From contig CM114271.1 of the NCBI GenBank assembly GCA_050084515.1, positions 36,580,001 to 36,644,000 on the forward strand: 64,000 nucleotides of DNA, read 5' to 3'. This DNA comes from Blasia pusilla (lineage: Eukaryota). Below are positions 24,766-36,229 of the stretch, piece by piece; positions within the stretch are counted from its first letter, which is position 1; each line of letters starts with the position of its first letter. A program made the translations under genes and the position numbers. The notes under the pieces are model-generated. The model saw only the letters and a program-made list of their open reading frames with translations, searched no databases and was not told the DNA's origin.

Positions 24766-27565
24766 TCCTCTTGGATACACCACACAATTAGGGTGGTGTC
24801 CAAAGGGGTCATAGCAGCACTCCTAGCTACCTAGGGTTCCTCTGACTCGTCACACTCTGGTGCAAACATCTCGCTCCATGCGGTCTGCACATGCTCAATG
24901 GCTAAGCGTCGAAGCTCCTCAATCGAGCCCCAAAGTGGCACCTCTCCTCCACTACCTGATCGGCTAGCATGACACTCCTCTCCATAGAAATATAAGAAAC
25001 GGGAGTATCCTTTGCATGGAAATGTCCCTCAATCAAATCACTAGGCCAAGTGATTGCACTGCTAAATGCTGCTAAGATCGCCATCTCTCCTAGACGTCGC
25101 TCGATCACTGCACTTGTGAGTCGAACGAGTAATGAGCTCCTCGTCTGTAGGACGCTGACTCCTCCAAGTAATCCAGGGGAAATCCCATCGGGTATAACAC
25201 TGCTCCACCAACCAAGACGTCGTAGGGCTCTGCATCAGTCACTATCGTCTTGGCTCGCACCACGGACTCACCTATAGGATGTCCCGAGCGAATCCTCACC
25301 ACAACCTCCTATCGGGGGATATATTGGGTGATACTCGCTCCACCCAAGGATGGCTATATCCGGAATGGACAATGCTCCACATCGACTCTTGTCAAACCCA
25401 ATCCTCTGAATGACGCTTTCCCCAACATCAAGGGTTGCGCTCTTGAATCCAACAAGATGCGCTGCGGACTAAAAGCTCTACCTTCTAGACTCACCAACTG
25501 GAAGACCTCTCACCGGTTATTCAACAACACAACACCAGGAGAAGCCATGGCATGCTCTATCGGGAGTCTAGCCAGAATCTCCGCCATCCTAGCACCCACA
25601 GCCTGCCATGAATCTGACGTGGAAGGTCTTAGCATCCCCTCCAAGGACAGGTCCATCACCTCCTCTACAATCACCCCTAAACGTGATGCAGGAACTCCAA
25701 CTCTACGCTCACACAGTGTAGCGGCCAGACGGAAAACCTCGGAGGGTGTACCTCCCAATGTCATAACATTGCAAGCAAAAAATAAAGAAGCGCGGACACA
25801 ACGGTGGCCGCCTCCAACAACGTGCTTGACACGTGATCCTCTTGAGCATCAGCAATAGGAGTCTTTGCACTCGCTTCTCCCATTGCCCTTCGTGCCTGCA
25901 CACCAACAACATCACCAACTCTCCGGGAACTATGATTAGGATCCATTGATGGGGTCCTCGTCGCCTCGGACAACGTGAAGGACTGAGGAAGCTTGGTTTG
26001 TTTCTTGGCTTCTCCTCGTTGTGGATCCAACTCTACGACTACTCCACACGTAACAACTGCGGAAGCCTCCATATGGGCAACCCCGCACATCCAACCACGA
26101 TCCTCCATATCTCTACCGGCTCCATAAAACGTCGATGCCACCGACGAATAACCTCAATGCCATAGCGGCAATTTGATGTTGTAGTTGCTATATCTGAACA
26201 GCCATCCCAGCCTCACGCTCAATGTCTCCCTTGACGCATCTAGGTGGTGGGACTCTACCTCCTCCTCCGACAGCTCCACCACCCTGTCGGGAAACTCTAG
26301 CTCCTTGTCTCCCAACGGAACCACCTGGTGCACGTCCTCTAGGCCCACCCAGACTAGCAACTCCCTATAGTGCCCTCTCTGGCCCTCAATCAGGACGTAA
26401 CTCAGGGTGTAAACTGAAACACCTAGCGCATGTGTGACCATCCCTCTGACAATTTTCATAATAATAACCTCTTGGTGCAGCACCATATCCTCCTCCATGC
26501 TGAGACACACGTCCAAGACCTTGACAAATGCAATCACGCTGATGATGGGCTCCACCACATGACCAACAAGTAATCGTAGGCGGTTGCTGTTGAGCCGCAT
26601 ATAAAGGCATAGGTCTCTGTGGCACGGCCTTTGGGTATCCTCCCTGCGCTTGCGGTGCCACAGTCGACCTATCTTGGAGTCCACATTGCTGCACTGGTGG
26701 TGCAGGCAATCGTGACTGCTCTTGCCCATAATCCATGGTGGCTACGCTCTCCTCCGCCATGTTGTGCTCAATGTTCTTGGCGGTTCTTAAAATATCTCTC
26801 AACGTAGGGGAGGTGTTCATAAGAAGCACCCCTCCTGCACCCGTGTCCGTAGGGTTCAGTCCAGCATCGCGTACCATGACTGGATAGCCTGAGCCTCTAT
26901 CACCCCCTGAGTGACGTTGATCAACCGGTGTAAGCAAGTGTAAGCCTCACGCAAACTCTCAACCGGGCGCCTTTGGAAGTCATGGATGCTCCGCAACTTC
27001 TCCGTCCGTACCCCTTGGTAGCTTGCCCTCAACTTAGCAAAGAACTCAACCACTGGGTTGAACTTGGGACAAACTTGACTAGACGGTGCATCTGCTCCAA
27101 TGCGAGGCACCCCTTCTAAAACATCACTAGTAGAAGAAGAAGTAGCCTCTCTTGATTCCTCTTCCTTATCTGAGAACGGCTCTGTCCACGACACATAGTG
27201 TGGGTCATAGTAGAGTCGCCATGCCTCAATCTCCTGGGCATATCTATGGGAGAACTCATGGTAATTGTCCATGGGTGCCCCCTCTAAATGCTGGAACATA
27301 TCATTCCATGCTGTAAACGGGTTGAACTCTCTGGAGTTCCTAGCCCGTTGTGAGTCACACCAACTCCTAAACTTGGCAATGAAGTCGTGTAGCTCTATAG
27401 TGCCTACAGCACCCGAAAACCTAGGCGATCCTCTACCCCGGTCATCCATCTCGTACGCCCAACTAGTAGGACCACTCAATATGTACGGTGGATCACTAAC
27501 ACATTCCTCTATATGCTCCCCCTTGTCTGAAGAAGACACAGAAGGAGATCGAGGTGATCTCTCAC

Positions 27566-30500
27566 TGTCGCGACCCTCATGACCAAACAAGTGCCAAGCG
27601 GAACATCGGAACATTAGCGGGCTCACGCTAAGATGGTTTGCGCGTTGGAGTTGTCTCAAAGAGGAGACAAGAGACGAGACGCGAGCGAGAAGTCGCGTTT
27701 CAGATGTGATGGTCACAACTCAGAAACCTGGACCAAACGCGGAATGAGACTTGAAAGAAGTCGAGTCTAGGAAGTGGGTTGCCAAAGGAAAGATCCGGAT
27801 TTGGAACGCCACTTGCGTTTGAGAGTTTCTGACTGTATTTCTAGCCATAACTTTTAGCGCCGAGATGCGTTTGGAGCAAATAAGGGTGCGTTGGAAATCT
27901 TATAGAGAGCTGGTCAAAACGCACTAAAGATTGCTGCAAACGCATAAGCACCGGCCGAGATACAACCCGAAAACGACTGTAAGTGGAGTCGGGTTGAGGG
28001 CCACAATGAAGGGCCCGAACCTCTTTTCCCAAAGGGGAGGGGTTATTGGAGAACCCCAGAAGTACTAGTAAGGGGGAAGGTCTCCGAGAGTGCTTGGAAC
28101 CCAAACCCCACTTTGGGCGCCGCAGGGCGGCTCAAGGGCATGGAACGGAACGCGAGTTTGGGCGTTGGGTTGGAAAACCTGCACCAAGTCCATTGAGGCG
28201 ATTTTAGACATCCCTCTTGGATTTCACGCCGCGACTCAATTACTTGGGTCTCGGTTCGGAACTCACACGAGGAGCGTTGAACAGTTGGGATCGCTAGGCG
28301 TGCAAGTGTCGTTTCAGATCCCTAGACTAACCAGGAAGTCTGTTCCAAGTCTTGAAGGACTTGCCATGTGTTGGGAGCTAGGAACTAAGGAAGGTTGAGC
28401 TTGACGAGACGCCGAGTTTAGGACTCGGTGGGTTGGAACGCCGGTTGGCCAAACCCGACTAATGAGAGTGCGTGTTTGGGTGTAGATCGGCGATGAGTTC
28501 GTGACCTATTGAACGCACGCTTCCGAACACTAAAGATTGACGTTCAAGGAGAGTAGGGGCGCGACAAGTGGTATCAGAGCTTATCCTTGGTGAGCGAGAA
28601 CTTGGGGTCGTGGGATCAGCCGGACGCTTGGGAAATTTCAAGGTAGCGGCTAGACTCGGACGCTCGAGGAGGAGATCTAAGTGAGTTGGCTTGGAGATGG
28701 CGATCGAGGGAGAACAACCCAAGAAGCGCCGAATCAAGCGACGTGAACCGAGAGAGGAACCAATGCCGGACCGTGAAGTTATAGAGGAGTCGGAGACTCC
28801 GAAGAGCCGAACGCTGCCCGTGTGGGCGCCCCGATGGCGACTCCTTCCGCGGGACCAGTGGGCCCAAACTCAGGGGAAAGGACGGAGTCGAGCCAGACGT
28901 TGGACTTGTTGAAGGTGTTGGTGGAGCAGATGTCCCAGCAAAGCAAGCGGATTGCCGAGTTAGAGGCCACTCGAAACCCGAGTGCGGGCAAAAAGCTCTG
29001 CAAGACTAACCGCCACGCCATTTCTTGGAGTGGGCGCCATGAAAGTGAAGGATTTCCGGAACGAATCAATGCCGAGCGCGAAAAGGTGCTGAAAGCGGGA
29101 CAAGGTGACGGTGGCCGTTACTTTCCTGAAGGATCATGCTCTACAATGGTGGACCGCTCAACGAGAGGAATATCTGGGTGGTGAGTCACCTCTGAGTTGG
29201 GAGGAGTTCAAGGAGTTGATTGGGGATCGGTTCACCCGAGTACCAAGGGTTGCGTGACACGGTGGAATGCGCGTGCGGATGCGGCGAGTGGTTCCTTAAG
29301 CGCGTATGTGAGGGAGTTTAGTCTGGCCCGACTTCTAGTCCGAAGATGGATGAGCACGCCGAAGAAGGCTATCTTCATTAGTGGACTCAAGCCGAGCGCT
29401 GAGAAGGCCCTTTACCGAATGCCGACGTTGCCAGAGACGTGCGCGGACCTTCTGAAGCTAGCGGAGCGGATTGGGGACGATGAGGTCCAAACCCAGAAAC
29501 CCTTCGAGTCAAAAGTTTTTTCAAGAAGTCGAAAAATAAGGAGGAGGCGTTCAAAGAGGTGGAGTGGGGGCAAGACGAACTAGAGAGTCGTCGCCTCGGC
29601 GACAAACGAGTGGAACTTCATGCAAAGCCGAAGGAGTACAACACTCGAAGAGAGGGAACGGCAAGGTCGTATGCTACAAGCGTGGCGAATCGGGGCACTG
29701 TCGAAGGGTGTTCAAACCGAAGGTTAGTAATGGGAGTATGATTGCGTTTGCTGCTAAGCATCTGTTGGCGGGCGATATGGAGACGTCCCTTCAAGTCACC
29801 AAGAGGACGCACAATTTGGTGTACCTAAGATCCAAGATTGTTGATCGCGATGTGTTGTTGCTCGTGGATACAGTGCCGACTCCTTCCTAAGCCCGAGAAT
29901 CGTGAAGGAGCGGGGCCGTTCTACCTCTAAAGCGGACGAGCCCATTCGAGTGGGATTTGCAGAGGCAAGTCTCATCGGACTTTGATTTGGTCTTAGGTTT
30001 GACAAAGAGGGATGCGGGGTATTCGAGTTGAAGGAGAATTTCAATGTATGCGAAATGGACGGCATTGACGGAGTTTTGGGAATACATTCCTAGATGCGTA
30101 TGAGGTGGAGTTAAGACGCCGACCATTGAGGTTGAGCGTCTTGCTAAAAAAAGGCAAACGGTTCTAGGTGCGGTTGGTCCGTGAGGTTCAGCAAAGATGG
30201 AGTTGGTGAACTCGATCACAAGGAGGAGCATGACCGAGTTGGAGGATGGATTTCTCTGCTTGATGAGACAAGTGGAGGAGGCTACAAGCGGTATAATGAG
30301 AGATCGTGACGCCTCAAGGGAATCCAGAACCACTCAGGAAGTGGTCCAGAGTTTGAGGATGTCTTGACAAATGAGCTTCCGACTGAATTGCCTCCGCATA
30401 GAGCCGTAGATCATAAGATAGAGATCATACCCGGTTCCCAGCCGCCTTTAAAAGCACCATATAGGTTGAATCAGGGGAGGAACTTCTTGAGTTGAAAAGC

Positions 30501-33500
30501 AGATTAAGTGAGCTCTTGGAAAAGGGTTACATTAGGACTAGCAAGTCACCTTATGGAGCACACTGTTCTCTTTGTAAAGAAGAAGGATGGAAAGATGAGG
30601 TGTGTGTTGATTACCGTGCACCTTGAACAAAGTGACGGTTGAACAATTATCCTCTTCCAAGGATAGATGATCTCTTTGATAGGTTTGGCGGCGCGAGATA
30701 TTTTAGTAGGATTGACTTGAAGTCAGGATATTACCAGATTCGGATTGCCGAGGCAGATTTGGAGAAGACTGCGTGCGGGGCGAGATACGGTTCCTTTGAG
30801 TTTGTAGTGATGCCTTTCGGTCTATGTAACACGCCTCCGACGTTCACCACATTGATGAACTCCATTTTTCACAAGGAAATGGATGAGTATGTTATCATCT
30901 ATATCGATGATATCCTTATCTATTCGAAGTCACTAGAGGAGCATGTTCGACATGTGAGAGCGGTCTTGTCTAAGCTAAGGGCAAATCAGTGATCGAATGT
31001 AGAGAAGAAAGCGAATTTGGTTTGAGTAAGATCAAATTCTTGGGTCACGTGGTCGGTCAGATGGCGTCGATCCAGACATGGAAAAGGTAAAGGCGATTTC
31101 GAGTGGGAACCCCATCCTTTGTAAAGGGATGAGGAGGTTCATAGGTGCGGTGCAATTTTATCGTACTTATGTGAAAAACTTTTCGGGAATTGTGAGACCT
31201 CTCACGGATTGGACGGCAAAGTTTGCCAACACGACTTGGACCGGGAAGTTAATGAGGCATTCAACCGAGTGAAGTGATTCTATCGCAGGAACCTGTGTTA
31301 AAAGTGCCGGAGTTTGACAAACCGTTCAAGTGCATACCGATGCTAGTGATTTCGCGGTTGCAGGAATGTTGGTGCAAGAAGGAGACCGGTGGCATATGAG
31401 AGCAAGAAGCTTAGCGACCGAAAGGAGATGGCCTACTCACGAGAAAGAGTTGTTCGCGGTGGTACATTGCTTGAGGAAGTGGCGGCATTATCTAGGGCTC
31501 CACGGGACTCGAATATTCACCGATAATATATCACTCAAGTATTTTGAGACCAGGATCGAGTGACACCGAAACAAGCTGCGGTGGCATGATACCTTGGCGC
31601 GATGGATGTAGAGTTGATCCACAAGCCAGGTAAAGATAATGTGATTCCAGATGCGTTAAGTCGCAAGGAGGAACACATGCCATCGGCGACACAGTCTTGA
31701 GAGCAATGTTCCCTAAGGAAACAGATCGGAGAGAAGGATTCGTGAAGGATATATGAAGGATGCTCAAGCAGGGAATACGAGGAAGTTGAAGCGAGGGTGA
31801 GAAGGTGGCCAACATAAGTTTGAGGCACGGTTTACTAAGGTTCACAGCAGTAGGATCTATGTAGGGCAAGGTAATCGAACCAAGGTGTTAGCTGAATGTC
31901 ACGACGGACCCTTAGCGGGACATAAAGGGAGAGAAATCTCGCTAGTTGTTCTCTCGAAGCGGTTCTTTGGCCCAACATGAAGGAGGATGTTGCTCAATAT
32001 GTGAAGACTGTGTGACACCTTAGCGAATAGAGTCTCTTGTGATAAGAAACAAGGCTTCTTTTGCATCCCTTGCCGATCCCGAAGGACCCTTGCAAAGTGT
32101 GAGTATGGATTTCATCACGAGTCTTCCGAATCTGGGGATACAACGCTATACTTGTGATTGTTGATCGGTTTAGCAAGTTGGCGAGATTCGTGCCCGACGG
32201 TGGATTCAACGGGCGTATCGACGGCAAGCAACTATTCCTCGATAGCTGGTGGCGTGCTCATGGTTTGCCGAGGAGCATTGTTTCAGATCGGGATCCAAAG
32301 TTTACGATTGCTTTCGGAAGCACTTGTTCGAAAGGTTTAAGACCAAGCTGAGTTTGACGGCTTTCCACCCTGAGGCGGATGGATGATGAAAAGGTAAACT
32401 CTATCGTGAATCAAGACTTGAGGAATTATGTCGGTCTTTGATCAACGCGATTGGGTCAGTGGTGAGCATGGCGGAATCTTTGCTACAACTCGACCAAGCA
32501 TTCGCACGGGGAGAATCTCCGTTTCTCCTGGCAAATGGACGAGAGCGAGAAGGGCCTCTTGATCTAGCCCTTTCGAAGGGTACTACATTGGCACGAACAC
32601 GACAAGCGACGGCAAAAAGTTTGCTGGTAGAGATGCGAGAACGAGAAGAGAGCGCGAGGCGAAGTCTTGCAAAGGCTCAAATGAGGTACGTTAAGCATGC
32701 TAACAAGAGTCGGCGCCAAGTACGATTCCAAGTTGGAGAACAAGTGTGGTTGAGTGTGAAGAATCTCACTCTTCCGAAAGAGTTGTTTATGGTAAGCCGT
32801 CCGCCAAGTATCTTTGGACCGTATGTGATTGTGGCAAACCCGTTTGAGGATGTGTATATGTTGAGGCTGCCAGACGAGTTCAAGATTCACCCGACCTTTC
32901 ATGTGTCATTGTTGAAGAAATACCTTCAAGATAATGGACGTTTCGAGCGGAGACAGGTGGTGAGACCGCACCCGGTCATCGTAAATGAGGAGCCAGAGTT
33001 CATGGTGGAGACCATCTTACGTTCAAGGCATCGGGCCAACAAGTATGAATACTTGGTAAAATGGAAGGGCTACCATGTGAAGGAGGCGACTTGGATTGTG
33101 GAGGCGGATTTGGAACACGCAAGCAAGAATTGTTGCGTGACTTCAGCGAACACAAGCAAAGCACATACGTTAGTACGAGGAGAAGCTAGAGACATGACTT
33201 GTAATCAGTGGAATCTTGGGCCGAAGGCCGTTGTAACTAGAATATGCTTGTGTTGCAATAAAGGAGTGTATGGATTTGGAGATTCGATACCAGTGTTGAT
33301 TGCAATTTGTATGTGGTAGTGCATGGCTATGAGTCGTTCATCATAGTCTTAGAATGTACAACAAGAGGACAGACAAGGAGTATTTGAGGTGAGAGCTCGT
33401 ATGTGGATAAGCACCTAGAACGGGACCTTGTGTTGGATTACACTCGGGCTCGCCCTAGCGTCGGCGAAGGGCAGATGAAGTCTGTCTTGGGGCTTGGGGT

Positions 33501-34860
33501 GATCTTACTTGTGGCCACATAAGTAAACTTAGTGACGCGCCTAAGTCGAATCGAGAGCGACCCAATAGTAGTGCGATTTGTGGACCAGGTAAACAGGTGT
33601 GATGTTTCTGAGAATGAGTCGAAAGAGTCTAAGGTTGCACACTTAGTTAGCTTATTTGATAGGTTAGTTCCTTGGAACTAGTCCAGGCTTATCGAAGATG
33701 AGAGGCTAATAATTCTAAGTGGGGCAAAGCGACAACTAGAGACTAAGAGGAATTGCGGGTTAGCCACGTAAGCGCAATTCAATGTCAAGGGTAGGCTGCC
33801 AGGAGACTTGACATAATAAAAGTTTGCGTTGCTGAGGGCATCAACCTCTAAAAGAGAGGTGAGTGTCGTGACCCTCATGACCAAACAAGTGCCAAGCGGA
33901 ACATCGGAACATTAGCGGGCTCACGCTAAGATGGTTTGCGCGTTGGAGTTGTCTCAAAGAGGAGACAAGAGACGAGACGCGAGCGAGAAGTCGCGTTTCA
34001 GATGTGATGGTCACAACTCAGAAACCTGGACCAAACGCGGAATGAGACTTGAAAGAAGTCGAGTCTAGGAAGTGGGTTGCCAAAGGAAAGATCCGGATTT
34101 GGAACGCCACTTGCGTTTGAGAGTTTCTGACTGTATTTCTAGCCATAACTTTTAGCGCCGAGATGCGTTTGGAGCAAATAAGGGTGCGTTGGAAATCTTA
34201 TAGAGAGCTGGTCAAAACGCACTAAAGATCGCTGCAAACGCATAAGCACCGGCCGAGATACAACCCGAAAACGACTGTAAGTGGAGTCGGGTTGAGGGCC
34301 ACAATGAAGGGCCCGAACCTCTTTTCCCAAAGGGGAGGGGTTATTGGAGAACCCCAGAAGTACTAGTAAGGGGGAAGGTCTCCGAGAGTGCTTGGAACCC
34401 AAACCCCACTTTGGGCGCCGCAGGGCGGCTCAAGGGCATGGAACGGAACGCGAGTTTGGGCGTTGGGTTGGAAAACCTGCACCAAGTCCATTGAGGCGAT
34501 TTTAGACATCCCTCTTGGATTTCACGACTCAATTACTTGGGTCTCGGTTCGGAACTCACACGAGGAGCGTTGAACAGTTGGGATCGCTAGGCGTGCAAGT
34601 GTCGTTTCAGATCCCTAGACTAACCAGGAAGTCTGTTCCAAGTCTTGAAGGACTTGCCATGTGTTGGGAGCTAGGAACTAAGGAAGGTTGAGCTTGACGA
34701 GATGCCGAGTTTAGGACTCGGTGGGTTGGAACGCCGGTTGGCCAAACCCGACTAATGAGAGTGCGTGTTTGGGTGCAGATCGGCGATGAGTTCGTGACCT
34801 ATTGAACGCACGCTTCCGCAACACTAAAGATTGACGTTCAAGGAGAGTAGGGGCGCGACA
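27566..34860 (+). mobile_element. Ty3/Gypsy chromovirus (Galadriel-like), full length, 5-bp TSD CTCAC
   Basis: LTRs 27566-28566 and 33864-34860 (TG...CA, about 4 substitutions and 2 indels). PBS TGGTATCAGAGC (tRNA-iMet) at 28569-28580; PPT at 33850-33863. TSD at 27561-27565 and 34861-34865. The clade call rests on motif similarity only. Confidence 0.93.
28820..33180 (+). pseudogene. Chromovirus gag-pol with C-terminal chromodomain, many frameshifts
   Basis: Zn knuckle CYKRGESGH, PR LLVDT, RT YPLPRIDDLF...YIDDILI, RNase H HTDASDFA...HEKELFAVVH, integrase SIVSDRDPKF, GPY motif and HPTFHVSLLK, chromodomain EFMVETIL...YLVKWKGY...ATW (about 32990-33120). Confidence 0.9.
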
Positions 34861-36229
34861 CTCACATAGAGACCCTCAAAACTTGGAGGGTTTACCACTT
34901 CGGGTAAATCCTCTAGAATTACTCTTAGGTCCACTACCACGCCTCTCAAAATCTTGAAAAGACGCCGTGATGATCCTCATGCCCCTCTCACACGATCACT
35001 CTGAATCTCACGAGTAATCCCTCAATCACTCAAAGTAAATATGCGACATTCAATCTACCCTCTCTCATTGAGACATGTGTTGTGCGGCAACAAGCGGCGT
35101 GGTGCAGCAAATCAAGTGATCTATCATCTCATCGACAAACCATCCTCAACTCTGGACATCCCACATAGGTCTATGTCCCCTAAACCCATACATCATCGAT
35201 GCTCTCACCATGAGCATGAAACCCAATATCCCAAATAACTTCCCAATACCCGGAAATCCCTAACACGTGCAGGGCAAAAGACTAGAATGGGTAACTTGAC
35301 AATGAATGTCGATGTCGCTCCTCAGCAACTACAAATCTCAACCCCTACTCGATCGTAAAGAAAACTCCTCCAAATAGCACGTCGTACTCCCTTGGTTCTG
35401 ATGATGCTCAAATCTCCTCGATGTGCGATGCAAGTCCAGCGGTCCCATGCGGCACTGGCGGCACGAAACGGCTACAAACGGCACAGCACTCGGGAATGGG
35501 GTACGGCACTCGGCAACATATCCTCCTTAGTCAACAAAATGCAATGTGCTCCTAGTGATGGTGCGGCTCCGCAATCGAGACTCGGGGGATCACTATATGA
35601 AGGGCTCTACATCACCTACGACGTTTTAGGGTATAGACCCCCTAACTTATAAGTGAATTTTTTTTTCTCATCCTTATGTACTTTAAAGGAGTCATTTTTC
35701 ATTTTTGGATACCCTAAAATTCTTTAAGTAAAGCAATCGCTTGAAATAAATAAGGCCTTGAAAGAAAAGAAAAGTACCAAGTTAAGTTAATATCCACCAT
35801 GTTGTCGTTACACTATGATAGAAGGGGATTCAACCCCTAATTGAGCAAGAAGCTCAATCAGCCAATCTGTCATCCCCCTAGCCTACTCCCTCCCACTAAC
35901 CTACTCACAATGTAATAGTGTCAAGTACACTCTAAGCACAATCCACAAAAATATTGAATCCAACATGTCTCAAACATAAAAGAAACTCACCAAGATCAAC
36001 TCACACTCTGAATGTATGTAGTCAAAGCATATACGTCAACTGAATCAAGTATATATGTTCTATCTTGTACCCCTAATTTCATTGTCAATCTATTGAAATT
36101 AGGGGTACATTAGAAATCACCATTTCAATATCAATCCATTGCATATCTATTGCATCATAAGTGAATAAGGTTTTGTTGTTATCATGGCTGTATGACTTGT
36201 ACCAATTACACATGACACGAAAAATGCTT

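Larger units (their letters stand above)
20327..35600 (-). mobile_element. Older, diverged DNMT-Gypsy element (subfamily 2), interrupted by the CACTA, a solo LTR and a chromovirus
   Basis: Minus strand: gag 26856-27560 (GAVGTIELHDF, MFQHLEGAPMD), PR RILLDSRAQPLM about 25420-25460, DNMT 23850-24765, RT about 22740-23460, RNase H 20954-21350, integrase N-terminus 20330-20690. The 5' boundary is uncertain. Confidence 0.85.
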
